A stretch of DNA of 64,000 nucleotides from Betaproteobacteria bacterium. GTDB lineage: Bacteria > Pseudomonadota > Gammaproteobacteria > Burkholderiales > SG8-39. The position numbers and the translations under genes were made by a program. The stretch spans positions 15-64,014 of the forward strand of contig CANJXQ010000007.1 of NCBI GenBank assembly GCA_947478805.1, read 5' to 3'. The stretch's first letter is position 1, and each line of letters starts with the position of its first letter. This document shows positions 45,959 through 54,737 of the stretch, piece after piece. The notes beneath the pieces are model-generated. The model did not search any database and was not told the origin of the DNA. It worked only from the letters and a program-made list of their open reading frames with translations.

Positions 45959-48076
45959 TCATCGCGCCCCGTGCCATTGAATGGCGAGCAGCGTCAGGTC
46001 GTCGGAGGGCTCGGCGCCGGCCACGAACCGGCGCACGTCTTCGCGCACGGCCGTGATCGTGCCCGCTGCGCCGCTGCGTGCGGCGGCGCTGGCGAGCACC
46101 CTATCGAGCCGTTGCGCGCCATAGGGTGAGAGTTCGCCGTTCATGGCTTCGGTGACGCCGTCGGTAACAAGGCACACCGTGTCGCCGGGCTGCAGCTGCA
46201 ATCCAAGTGCCTGGTAGTCGAAACCGTCGAGCATGCACAGCGGCGGACCGCCCTCGCCATCGGCGAGTTCGAGCGGGCTCGAGGCGCGCAGGATGCGCGG
46301 GGCGTCGTGGCCGGCAATGCACAGCTCCAGCGCGCCGGTGTCCACATCAAGCACCCCAGCCGCCATGGTGACGAACAGCATTTCAGGATTCTCGCGGGCG
46401 ATTTCCTCATTGGTGGCGGTCACGATGGCGGAGGCTCCCGCTGCCCCGCGCAGCGCGACGCTCTTGGCGAGGGCCTTGGTGACGGCCATGAAAAGGCTTG
46501 CCGGCACGCCTTTGCCCGAGACATCGCCGACGACGAAGAACAGTCGTTGCGCGTCGAGCATGAAGAAGTCGTACAGGTCACCGCCCACGTCGCGCGCGGG
46601 CTCAAGCAATGCAGCCACCGTGAAGCGCGTCTCTCCAGGGAAAGCCTTCGCCGGGTCGGGCAGCGTGCCCAGCTGAATGCGTCGCGCGGCGGCCAGTTCG
46701 CCGGCCGTCTGCGCTGCTGCCTCACGCTCGCGATGCAGTTCGGCTTCGGCGACCCGGCGCTGGCGGTCGGCTTCGATGAAGGCGCTGCCCAAGAGGCTGC
46801 CCAACACGATGTTGAGGCTGGCAAAGGCGCCCGCGGCGTCGAGCAGCAAGCCGGCGAACTTGAAAGTCGCAAACCCCGCGCCGAAGAGCACCCCGTACAG
46901 GATGATGGCGAGAAAGATCGCCAGGCGCGGTCGAAGCGCCGGCACCGCCCAGATGAGGAACGCGCCGCCCGCCACGAGGAGCGCGGTCTCCAGCCATCCC
47001 ATCCAGCGCGGCCTGAGCAGGAGGTCGTTGTCGAACAGGCTCTCAAGCAACTGTGCCTGGATTTCTACGCCCGGTACCTGCTCGCGCAGCGGCGTGAGGC
47101 GGTTGTCGACAAGGCCGAACCCGGACAGGCCTATCAGCACCAGCTTGTTCTGGATGGTATCGGCCGGCACCTTGCCCGCAAGCACCGCGGCGGCCGACAC
47201 GTAGCGCGCCGGGTCGGCCTTGCCGAAGTGCAGCCACACCTCGGCATCGGACTGCGTGTTCACGGCGAGGTCGGCCACGCGCACGTGATTGACGCCCAAG
47301 GGCCCCATGTCCACCTCGGCGGCGGGCGAGCCTGTGGCGATGCGCAGCATCTCGATGGCTAGGGACGGCAGCAGCGCATCGCCCACCCCCAGCACCAGCG
47401 GGATGCGCCGTACCACGGCGCCCTGCAGGTCCACTGACAAGAGCCCCTGGCCGCGGGCGGCCGCCTGCAGTTCGGGCAGGCTGGCGAGCACGAAGGGGTA
47501 GCGACGCACATGCGACAGCGCGTCGGCATCGCTGCCGCCGTTGACGCGCACCGGTGTTGCGCGCAGGGCGCGCGAAGTGGTGAGTGTCTCGTTGTCGAAC
47601 CCGGCCGCGCCCAGCACCGTGGGCGTCTCGCGGATGACATCGGCCAACACGCGGTCGTGGTCGGGCAGCGCCATGAGCGCACGTCGAAGCGCTTCCTGGC
47701 CCTTTTCCAGGCGCGCCGCCATTTTCGCGGGCGAGGTCTGGTCCGGCTCCGGCATGTAGATGTCCACGCCGATGGCGGCCGGATTCATGCGGCCGATGAC
47801 GCGGATCAGTTCGGCGGTGCGGTCGCGCGGCCACGGCCACTGGCCGATTTCCTTGAGGCTTGCCTCGTCGATGTCCACGATGACCACGGGCGCGGAGTCG
47901 CGTGCGCGCGGGAACACTGACTGGTACTGGTCGAATAGTTCCAGCCGCGCCACCTTGAAGGGCGTGCGCTCGGGGAATTGCGCAACCACCACCAGCCCGA
48001 TCAGGAGTGCTGTCGCCATCGGGCGGCCGTCGCCGGCCTGGAACAGCCGGCGCAGATAGGCCAGGGCGCGCCTCAC
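45959..48076 (-). CDS. CHASE2 sensor domain - transmembrane - PP2C/SpoIIE serine phosphatase (RsbU-like)
   Basis: 705 aa. CHASE2 hallmark IDEASLKEIGQWPWPRDR. Three or four TM helices around residues 355-440. A coiled linker. PP2C motifs GGDLYDFF, VGDVSGKGVPASLFM, LVTDGVTEA. Confidence 0.85.
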   Translation of the reverse strand: MRRALAYLRRLFQAGDGRPMATALLIGLVVVAQFPERTPFKVARLELFDQYQSVFPRARDSAPVVIVDIDEASLKEIGQWPWPRDRTAELIRVIGRMNPAAIGVDIYMPEPDQTSPAKMAARLEKGQEALRRALMALPDHDRVLADVIRETPTVLGAAGFDNETLTTSRALRATPVRVNGGSDADALSHVRRYPFVLASLPELQAAARGQGLLSVDLQGAVVRRIPLVLGVGDALLPSLAIEMLRIATGSPAAEVDMGPLGVNHVRVADLAVNTQSDAEVWLHFGKADPARYVSAAAVLAGKVPADTIQNKLVLIGLSGFGLVDNRLTPLREQVPGVEIQAQLLESLFDNDLLLRPRWMGWLETALLVAGGAFLIWAVPALRPRLAIFLAIILYGVLFGAGFATFKFAGLLLDAAGAFASLNIVLGSLLGSAFIEADRQRRVAEAELHREREAAAQTAGELAAARRIQLGTLPDPAKAFPGETRFTVAALLEPARDVGGDLYDFFMLDAQRLFFVVGDVSGKGVPASLFMAVTKALAKSVALRGAAGASAIVTATNEEIARENPEMLFVTMAAGVLDVDTGALELCIAGHDAPRILRASSPLELADGEGGPPLCMLDGFDYQALGLQLQPGDTVCLVTDGVTEAMNGELSPYGAQRLDRVLASAAARSGAAGTITAVREDVRRFVAGAEPSDDLTLLAIQWHGAR

Positions 48077-48143
48077 GCGACACCTGCCGGCGTCGAGCGC
48101 TTCATCGCGCTTTGCTCAAGGAAAAGGCGCCCATGACATGCGC

Positions 48144-49118
48144 CTAGAGGACGATTTCCAGGCCGTCCCACGCCGATAGCACTTCCAGCGCTGAATCGCC
48201 GCGGGTGATTTCCTCGAAGCGGCGCGTCTCGGCAAGCACGCTGTCGATGCGCTTGTCGTCATAGGCGGGTTCATGATGGATCATGCACAGCCGGCGCGCG
48301 CCGGCCATCTGGCACAGCTCAACTCCGACGATGTTGCTCGAGTGACCCCAGTCGGCCTTCACGGAAATCGCATCGGCGAGCGAATACATGGCGTCGAAGA
48401 TCACCAGGTCGGCATTGCGGAAGAAATCCACGAAGACTTTGGTTTCCTCGGCATTTTCGAGGCGGTGCTCGGAATCAGTGGAGTACACCACCGACTTGCC
48501 GGCGCGCTCGAAACGCCAGCCGTAGGAGTCCCCGCCGTGGTGCTGTTTCAGGGTGGTCGCGGTGACGCCAGCGACATGGCGCGTGTCACCCGGTGCCATC
48601 ACGTCGAATTCGATGGTGGATGCGAGCAGCGAGAAGTCCACCGGGAAGGAGGGCGCGGCCTGCTGGCGCTTGAAGGCGTGCTCGAGCTCGGCATGGCAGC
48701 CGTGGATCACGATGCGGTTGCCGGGGATGTAGACGGGTGTGAAGAAGGGGAAGCCCATGATGTGGTCCCAGTGCACATGGGACATGAACACATGATAGGT
48801 CTGCGGGCGGGCGGGGCCGTAGCGCTCCATCATGCGCTGGCCGAAGGCGCGCGCGCCGCTGCCCATGTCGCACAGCAGGTGCTCGTTGCCGGTGTCCTCG
48901 GCTCCGGTCTCGATCTCGACGCAGCTCGAATGACCGCCATAGGTGCCGGACACCGCGAAGCCCAGGCTGTCGATGAAGCGCTCGATGCCCGCGTCGTCGC
49001 CGATGGGCTGGGCGCGGTCTCGCGCGGCGCGCAGCGCCGCGGCGATCTTGGCGCGCACATCCTTCGCCGTGATCGATACCGGGATGGAGCCGCGCGTGCC
49101 CCAGAATCTCACCTTCAT
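48144..49118 (-). CDS. MBL-fold metallo-hydrolase (PhnP / class-II-phosphodiesterase-like), cytoplasmic
   Basis: MKVRFWGTRGSIPV N-terminus. Metal motif FMSHVHWDHIMGFPFF. Later DSEH and HHEP. Start at 49118, 10 nt after the STAS gene stop. Confidence 0.8.
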   Translation of the reverse strand: MKVRFWGTRGSIPVSITAKDVRAKIAAALRAARDRAQPIGDDAGIERFIDSLGFAVSGTYGGHSSCVEIETGAEDTGNEHLLCDMGSGARAFGQRMMERYGPARPQTYHVFMSHVHWDHIMGFPFFTPVYIPGNRIVIHGCHAELEHAFKRQQAAPSFPVDFSLLASTIEFDVMAPGDTRHVAGVTATTLKQHHGGDSYGWRFERAGKSVVYSTDSEHRLENAEETKVFVDFFRNADLVIFDAMYSLADAISVKADWGHSSNIVGVELCQMAGARRLCMIHHEPAYDDKRIDSVLAETRRFEEITRGDSALEVLSAWDGLEIVL

Positions 49119-49128
49119 GCGCGGACCT

Positions 49129-49482
49129 TCACGCTGCGGTGCCAAGTGCCGCGACGCCGGCATCCACGGTGTCGTGGACTTTCAGCACCAGGTGAAAGCG
49201 GCTGATCTCGAACACTTCGCGCACGGTGGGTTGCAGCGCGGCAATCGCGACCTTGCCCTTTTGCGCCCCCACGGAGCGCGCGATCAGCATGAGCGAGCGC
49301 AGCCCGACGCTGGAGATGTAATCGACACCGGAAAAATCCAGCAGCAGCGGGCTGCCCTCCTGGGTGCAGGCGGCCACGTGGGATTGCATCGCCTGCTGGA
49401 ACAGCGGCGCCTGGGCGTGATCGATGCGTCCCTTGGGCGCCACAACCGTGATTGCGCCGATCTGCGTGCTGCTCAGTTCCAT
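49129..49482 (-). CDS. STAS-domain anti-sigma-factor antagonist (RsbV/SpoIIAA-like)
   Basis: 117 aa from MELSS. LLLDFSGVDYISSVGLRSL retains the phosphorylatable Ser context of SpoIIAA/RsbV. Confidence 0.8.
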   Translation of the reverse strand: MELSSTQIGAITVVAPKGRIDHAQAPLFQQAMQSHVAACTQEGSPLLLDFSGVDYISSVGLRSLMLIARSVGAQKGKVAIAALQPTVREVFEISRFHLVLKVHDTVDAGVAALGTAA

Positions 49483-49547
49483 TGGCTTCGCTCCTTTGCT
49501 CGTGCTGTGTGATGCTTGGTTCAAGGCGCAATCGTGCAGGTGCTACC

Positions 49548-49562
49548 TGGGCGATTATCGCC
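49548..49562. promoter_or_regulatory. Perfect 7-1-7 palindrome GGGCGATTATCGCCC in the divergent STAS / yihY-like intergenic region
   Basis: Read directly from the sequence, 66 bp upstream of the STAS start. Function unknown. Confidence 0.25.
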
Positions 49563-49635
49563 CGAGTACTGCTATAGTCGCCATCGAGAAATGCGGGATG
49601 GCATGCAATGATATTCAATTGCCTGTCCTTCATCG

Positions 49636-50886
49636 GTGGCGCAGCGGATGTTTTCAGGGGGCAGTCTGGTGCTTGAAGAGGGCAGGGACGCATCGGAGCT
49701 TCGCCGTTTCGTCGACGGCGTGATCGGGCGCCTGCGCGAGGACCGCTGCTTCCAGGTGGCCTCCGGGCTTACCTTCACGACGCTGCTCGCCCTGGTGCCC
49801 TTGGTGATGCTGGCGCTGACGGTGCTGTCGATGACGCCGGGTTTCACCGGCATCGCGATGCGCTTCGACGACATGCTGGCGGGGCATGTCCTGCCTGAAT
49901 CCATTGGTCGCGCGGTGACGCGCTATTTCGAGCAGATCGCGCCCCAGGCGCAGCGGCTGACCCTGATCGGTGTCGTGGGCCTCCTGGTGACGGCGCTACT
50001 CACCATGCACACCATCGAGTCGGCGTTCAACGACATCTGGCGCGTGCCGCGCCGCCTGCTGACTGCACGCCGCTTCGTCATGTACTGGGCGGTGCTGACG
50101 CTGGGGCCCATCCTGATCGGCGCGAGCCTCACCATCTCGTCGTATGTGGTCACGCTGTCGCTCGGGCTGGTGGGCGGCGCACCGAGGGTGGCTGGCGTGC
50201 TCACCCGCCTTGCGCCCGGCGTGCTGACCATCGCGGCGTTTACCCTGCTCTATTACCTCGTGCCCGGGCGCCGCGTGAATGTTCGTCACGCGCTCTATGG
50301 TGGCCTGGTGGCGGGGGTCCTGTTCGAGCTTGCCAAGAGAGGCTTTGCGCTCTATGTGTCGGAAATGACGACCTACGCCTCCGTGTACGGCACCTTTGCG
50401 GCCGTGCCGGTGTTCCTGTTGTGGGTGTATGTGTCGTGGATGGTGACGATCATGGGCGCGGTGGTTTCGTCCATGCTGCCCGATTACGGCCGCATGCGGC
50501 TGGAGGGTTCGCGACCGCCGGGAATCGTGTTCTGCGAGGCGGTGGCGGTGCTGAAGGCGCTGGCTGATGTGCATGCCCGAGGCGCAGTGCTCAGCCTTGC
50601 CCAGTTGGCCGATGCCGCGTGCCTGCCGCGCCATCGCTGCGAAGACATCCTTGTCACGCTGGCCGCCAGGCAATGGGTCGGAAGACTCGCAGGCGAGCGC
50701 TGGGCGCTGGTGTGCGATCCATCCGTGGTCAGGCTCTCGGCGATTTACCGCCTGTTCGTGTCCGCCCCCGATGAACTGGCAGGGCTGGCTGCTGCGCCGG
50801 TGGTTGCCGCGGCGCTGGGCCGCCTGGGAATTGCGCTCGACGGTGCGCTCGACGGTACGCTGCGCGACTTGACTACCAAGGCGTGA
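49636..50886 (+). CDS. YihY/BrkB-family membrane protein with ~110-aa C-terminal soluble extension
   Basis: CFQVASGLTFTTLLALVPL, six hydrophobic segments, YASVYGTFAAVPVFLLWVY. The extra C-terminal domain follows residue ~300. Start ambiguous (49636, 49648 or 49669). Confidence 0.75.
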   Translation: MAQRMFSGGSLVLEEGRDASELRRFVDGVIGRLREDRCFQVASGLTFTTLLALVPLVMLALTVLSMTPGFTGIAMRFDDMLAGHVLPESIGRAVTRYFEQIAPQAQRLTLIGVVGLLVTALLTMHTIESAFNDIWRVPRRLLTARRFVMYWAVLTLGPILIGASLTISSYVVTLSLGLVGGAPRVAGVLTRLAPGVLTIAAFTLLYYLVPGRRVNVRHALYGGLVAGVLFELAKRGFALYVSEMTTYASVYGTFAAVPVFLLWVYVSWMVTIMGAVVSSMLPDYGRMRLEGSRPPGIVFCEAVAVLKALADVHARGAVLSLAQLADAACLPRHRCEDILVTLAARQWVGRLAGERWALVCDPSVVRLSAIYRLFVSAPDELAGLAAAPVVAAALGRLGIALDGALDGTLRDLTTKA

Positions 50887-50984
50887 CCGCCGCCCCGTTC
50901 GCGGCCCGGTCTCACGCGCACGATGGTGCTGGCTGGCGCCGGCGCGCGGCCGCCCCAGGCTGCCGGGATTCCCATCCCGGAAAA

Positions 50985-51052
50985 ATAAATACTGTCAATA
51001 AGATATCAAGTTACACATGCTACCTACATTGGCATTATAAATACTGACAATT
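50985..51052. repeat. AT-rich promoter region with a 51-bp-spaced direct repeat ATAAATACTG(T/A)CAAT
   Basis: ATAAATACTGTCAATAA (50985-51001) and ATAAATACTGACAATTA (51036-51052), in the only strongly AT-rich stretch upstream of the SulP gene. Confidence 0.4.
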
Positions 51053-51226
51053 ATAAGTGCAGATGGGCCTGCGGTCGAATCGGCCCGGCGATGCCGCCGT
51101 TTGATGTGCCGCAAGGAAAGTGCCGATCACTGGTGCTCAAATGGGCGGTACGGAGGTGGCGTTTGGATGCGAGGGCATCTTCGCCGCCGGGCGTGTCGAT
51201 GCATCGTTGACGGACCGGGACAGCAG

Positions 51227-53428
51227 ATGACTGAAACCAAGACCAGCAACCTGGCCGGCGATTTCTGGGGTGGCATGGCTGCCATGCTGGTCGCCTTGCC
51301 GTCGGCGATCGCCTTTGGCGTGACAGTTTTTGCGCCGCTCGGCGCGAGCTATGCGGCGCAGGGGGCGCTGGCGGGCATCCTCGGCGCCACCGCGCTCGGA
51401 CTGGTGGCATCCTATCTCGGCGGCACCAACCGCCTGATCACGGCGCCCTGCGCGCCGGCGGCGGCCGTGCTCTCCGCGTTCGCCATCCAGCTGATGCAGG
51501 GTAACACCGCTCCAGCCACCATCCTGCTGATGATGACGGTCATCGGCCTGTTGTGCGGCGCGCTGCAGCTGACGTTCGGGTTGGCGGGCGTCGGTCGCCT
51601 GATCAAGTACATGCCTTATCCTGTAGTTAGCGGGTACTTGAGCGGCGTGGGCCTGATCATCATCCTCAGCCAGATTCCGAAGCTGCTTGGCGTCCCCAAG
51701 GGCATGAATCTCGAGCACGCGCTGATTTCTCCCGACGCTTGGAACTGGAAGGGCATTACCGTCGGGGTAGTCACGGCGGCGGTAATGGTTTTCGCCCCAC
51801 GCGTCACCAAGGTCGTCCCAGCGGCGATTCTCGGGCTGGTTGCGGGCGTGTTCACCTATGCCGGGCTCGGGTTCGCCGACGCTTCGCTGTTCTCGCTCAA
51901 GGGGAATTCCCTGATCATCGGCCCCCTGGGTGGATCGGATGCCGGATTCCTCGATGGGTTGTCCGCGCGCTGGAAGGGCGTCGGTGGATTGGACCTCACC
52001 CTGCTCAAGGACTTGCTGGTGCCGGCATTGACGCTGGCCGTGCTGCTCTCCATCGACACGCTGAAGACCTGCGTGGTGCTGGATTCGCTCACCAAGAGCC
52101 GGCACGACTCCAACCGCGAGCTGATTGGCCAGGGGCTGGGCAACCTGGCCGCCACGCTGGTGGGCGGGATCCCCGGCGCCGGTACCATGGGCGCGACGCT
52201 GGTCAATATCTCGAGCGGCGCGCAGACGCGCACCTCCGGCCTGATCGAGGGCGTGCTTGCGCTCATGGCCTTCCTGCTGCTGGGCTCGGTGATCGCATGG
52301 ATTCCGATCGCGGCGCTGGCCGCGATCCTGATCGTCATCGGCGTGCGCATGTTCGATGTGCACAGCCTGCAGCTGCTGCGCAACCGTTCCACCATCCTCG
52401 ATTTCGTGGTGATCGTGGCGGTGGTGGCGGTCGCGGAGACGGTCAGCCTGATCGCGGCCTCCGGCACTGGCATCGCGCTGGCGGCCCTGTTGTTCATCCG
52501 CGAGAAGGTCACCACGTCCTGCGTGCGGCGCAAGGTCTACGGCAACCAGGTTTTCTCCAAGCAGATCCGGCTGCCGGAGGAGCGCGCGATACTGGAAGCG
52601 CGCGGCAACCAGTCGGTGGTGTTCGAACTGCAGGGCAGCCTCTTCTTCGGCACCGCGGACCAGTTGTACACGGCGCTGGAACCGGACCTGAAAACCTGCA
52701 ACTACGTGATCCTGGATCTGCGCCGGGTGCAGTCGGTCGACGTGACGGCCGCGCACATGCTCGAGCAGGTCGAGGGCATGCTGTCCGAGCGCGGCGCCTT
52801 CCTGATCTTCAGCCAGTTGCCGCGCAAGGTGCCGACCGGGCAGGACATGGCGCAGTACTTCGTCCAGGTGGGCTTGGCGCGCCCGGAGCGGCATGCACCG
52901 GTGTTTGATGAACTGGACGATGCGCTGGAGTGGGTGGAGAACCGCATCCTGGCCGAAGCGCATACGGTGCTGGTCGCCGAGGCGCCCCTGGAGCTGAAGG
53001 AAATCAGCATGTTCAGGGGGCGCAAGCAGGAGACCGTGGCCGAGCTCGAAGCCGGCATGGAAAAGCGCTCGCTCAAGGCCGGCGAACATGCCTTTTCACA
53101 GGGCGACACCGGTGATGAGCTGTTCCTCATCCGCAAGGGGTCGGTGCGCATCATGTTGCCGGTAGCGGAAGGCCAGGACCACCACATCGCCACCTTCGGG
53201 CGTGGCGACTTCTTCGGCGAGATGGCATTCCTCGATCGCAACCCGCGGTCGGCGCATGCCGTGGCCGAGGTAGATACGGATCTCTATGTGTTGTCGCGCG
53301 CGAAGTTCGACGAAATCACGGCGGCGCATCGCAAGCTGGCGATCCAGTTGCTCGAGGGTCTCGCGCGGACGCTGGCCGACCGCCTGCGCTACACCAACAT
53401 GGAATTGCGCACGCTGCAGGCTTCGTAG
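51227..53428 (+). CDS. SulP-family anion transporter fused to a STAS domain and a C-terminal cyclic-nucleotide-binding domain
   Basis: SulP core (FWGGMAAMLVALPSAIAFG ...). STAS (VVFELQGSLFFGTADQL...ILDLRRVQSVDVTA). CAP-type cNMP domain with phosphate-binding cassette GDFFGEMAFLDRNPRSAHAVA. Confidence 0.85.
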   Translation: MTETKTSNLAGDFWGGMAAMLVALPSAIAFGVTVFAPLGASYAAQGALAGILGATALGLVASYLGGTNRLITAPCAPAAAVLSAFAIQLMQGNTAPATILLMMTVIGLLCGALQLTFGLAGVGRLIKYMPYPVVSGYLSGVGLIIILSQIPKLLGVPKGMNLEHALISPDAWNWKGITVGVVTAAVMVFAPRVTKVVPAAILGLVAGVFTYAGLGFADASLFSLKGNSLIIGPLGGSDAGFLDGLSARWKGVGGLDLTLLKDLLVPALTLAVLLSIDTLKTCVVLDSLTKSRHDSNRELIGQGLGNLAATLVGGIPGAGTMGATLVNISSGAQTRTSGLIEGVLALMAFLLLGSVIAWIPIAALAAILIVIGVRMFDVHSLQLLRNRSTILDFVVIVAVVAVAETVSLIAASGTGIALAALLFIREKVTTSCVRRKVYGNQVFSKQIRLPEERAILEARGNQSVVFELQGSLFFGTADQLYTALEPDLKTCNYVILDLRRVQSVDVTAAHMLEQVEGMLSERGAFLIFSQLPRKVPTGQDMAQYFVQVGLARPERHAPVFDELDDALEWVENRILAEAHTVLVAEAPLELKEISMFRGRKQETVAELEAGMEKRSLKAGEHAFSQGDTGDELFLIRKGSVRIMLPVAEGQDHHIATFGRGDFFGEMAFLDRNPRSAHAVAEVDTDLYVLSRAKFDEITAAHRKLAIQLLEGLARTLADRLRYTNMELRTLQAS

Positions 53429-53458
53429 GGCTTACGGGACGCGCGCTCGGCACACCGA

Positions 53459-54733
53459 CTACAGGCGGGTGAACAGCACCGGAACGCTGGTGTAGATCTC
53501 GTAGTGCGTCGCCGCGTCGCGCACTGGCGGCCTGTCGGGGTCTAGGGCAATGCCGGCCGCATGAAAGCGGCGCAGCATCGACACCATGGTGCCGTCCACG
53601 CCGATGGCACCCGCGGGGTTGCGGCTGCCGGTGACCAGCGGCCGTCCGGGGCAGGCATGGGCGCCCACGCCGAACGACAGTCCCCAGGGTACCGTGCCTT
53701 GCGCCACGCTGCGGTGCGGATTGAACTCTCCGCCATCGTCTCCGAAGCGCGCGGATTCGCGATTGCCTTCCGCGAGGAACAGCGCCACGGTTTCGCCGGC
53801 CCTGAGGTGACGGCCGCTCGCCAGCGTCATCTCCTCCGTTGCAACGCGGATGCGCGCCGGCGGCGACACCGACACGCGCAGCGATTCGAACGCTGCCCGG
53901 CGCAGGAATTCCGGATCGCCGTCGATGAGCGCGCGATCCCCGGGGTGGCGCTCGAGCCAGCGCTCGAGCCGCATCACGTAGAGGATGAATGCGGTCATGG
54001 CGCTTTGCGTGGAGGCGGTGAGGAAGGTGTTGATCTCGCGCATGATCAGCAGATCGTCGCTTTTCCAGGTGTCTTCGCGGTGCAAGGCCATCAGCGTGAG
54101 CAGGTCGGGGGCCTTCGTGGCAATGGCGGCCGGGTCTTCGCCGCGCGCGCGGGCCTCGGCCACGCGCTGCTTGCGGCGCGAAAACGAGGGCTCGAAGAAC
54201 TCTGTGCGGAAGTCCTCATACGCGGCGTTGGCTCGGGCGATCACCGCGGACTTGTCGTCGAGGCTCCAGTCCACGGTCTTGCCTGCGACGATGGTGCGCA
54301 GCTGGCCGATGAAGCGCTGCACGGCGGCCTCGGAATCCACGCCGTCGATGCCGGAGAGTGCGCCGGCGACCCGGTGCATGCAGCGCTGGGCGAGCGGCGC
54401 AAGGTCGGTGTGCACAATGCCGTCGGCGCTGCGATGCGTGGCGGCTTCCTCGGCCAGGCAGCGCTCGATGACAGGAAGGAGGTGGCGGTCGCGGTAACTG
54501 GCGACAGCGCCATCGTCGAGCAGCCGGGCGAGGATGCGCTTGCGGGCGAGGTGTTCCTCGCCGTCGATCAGGAACAGCACGTCCTTCATCAGGGTGTCGC
54601 GCACCAGCTGGCTGCTGCCCTGGGCGAATTTGCGCGACCTCAGTACCTCACCGATTTCCTCGAAATCGGTGAGCTGGGTCATGCCCGCCACGGCGTCGGC
54701 GGCGTGTGTGTCTGCAGGCGTGATCTTGGCCAT
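53459..54733 (-). CDS. Cytochrome P450
   Basis: Heme-thiolate loop FGVGAHACPGRPL, ExxR (FESLRV), 424 aa. Confidence 0.85.
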   Translation of the reverse strand: MAKITPADTHAADAVAGMTQLTDFEEIGEVLRSRKFAQGSSQLVRDTLMKDVLFLIDGEEHLARKRILARLLDDGAVASYRDRHLLPVIERCLAEEAATHRSADGIVHTDLAPLAQRCMHRVAGALSGIDGVDSEAAVQRFIGQLRTIVAGKTVDWSLDDKSAVIARANAAYEDFRTEFFEPSFSRRKQRVAEARARGEDPAAIATKAPDLLTLMALHREDTWKSDDLLIMREINTFLTASTQSAMTAFILYVMRLERWLERHPGDRALIDGDPEFLRRAAFESLRVSVSPPARIRVATEEMTLASGRHLRAGETVALFLAEGNRESARFGDDGGEFNPHRSVAQGTVPWGLSFGVGAHACPGRPLVTGSRNPAGAIGVDGTMVSMLRRFHAAGIALDPDRPPVRDAATHYEIYTSVPVLFTRL

Positions 54734-54737
54734 GGAA

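Noticed and set aside
51137-53089. 650-aa minus-strand ORF
   Set aside because: It is antisense to the SulP-STAS-cNMP gene. The translation is low-complexity and Arg/His/Gln-rich.
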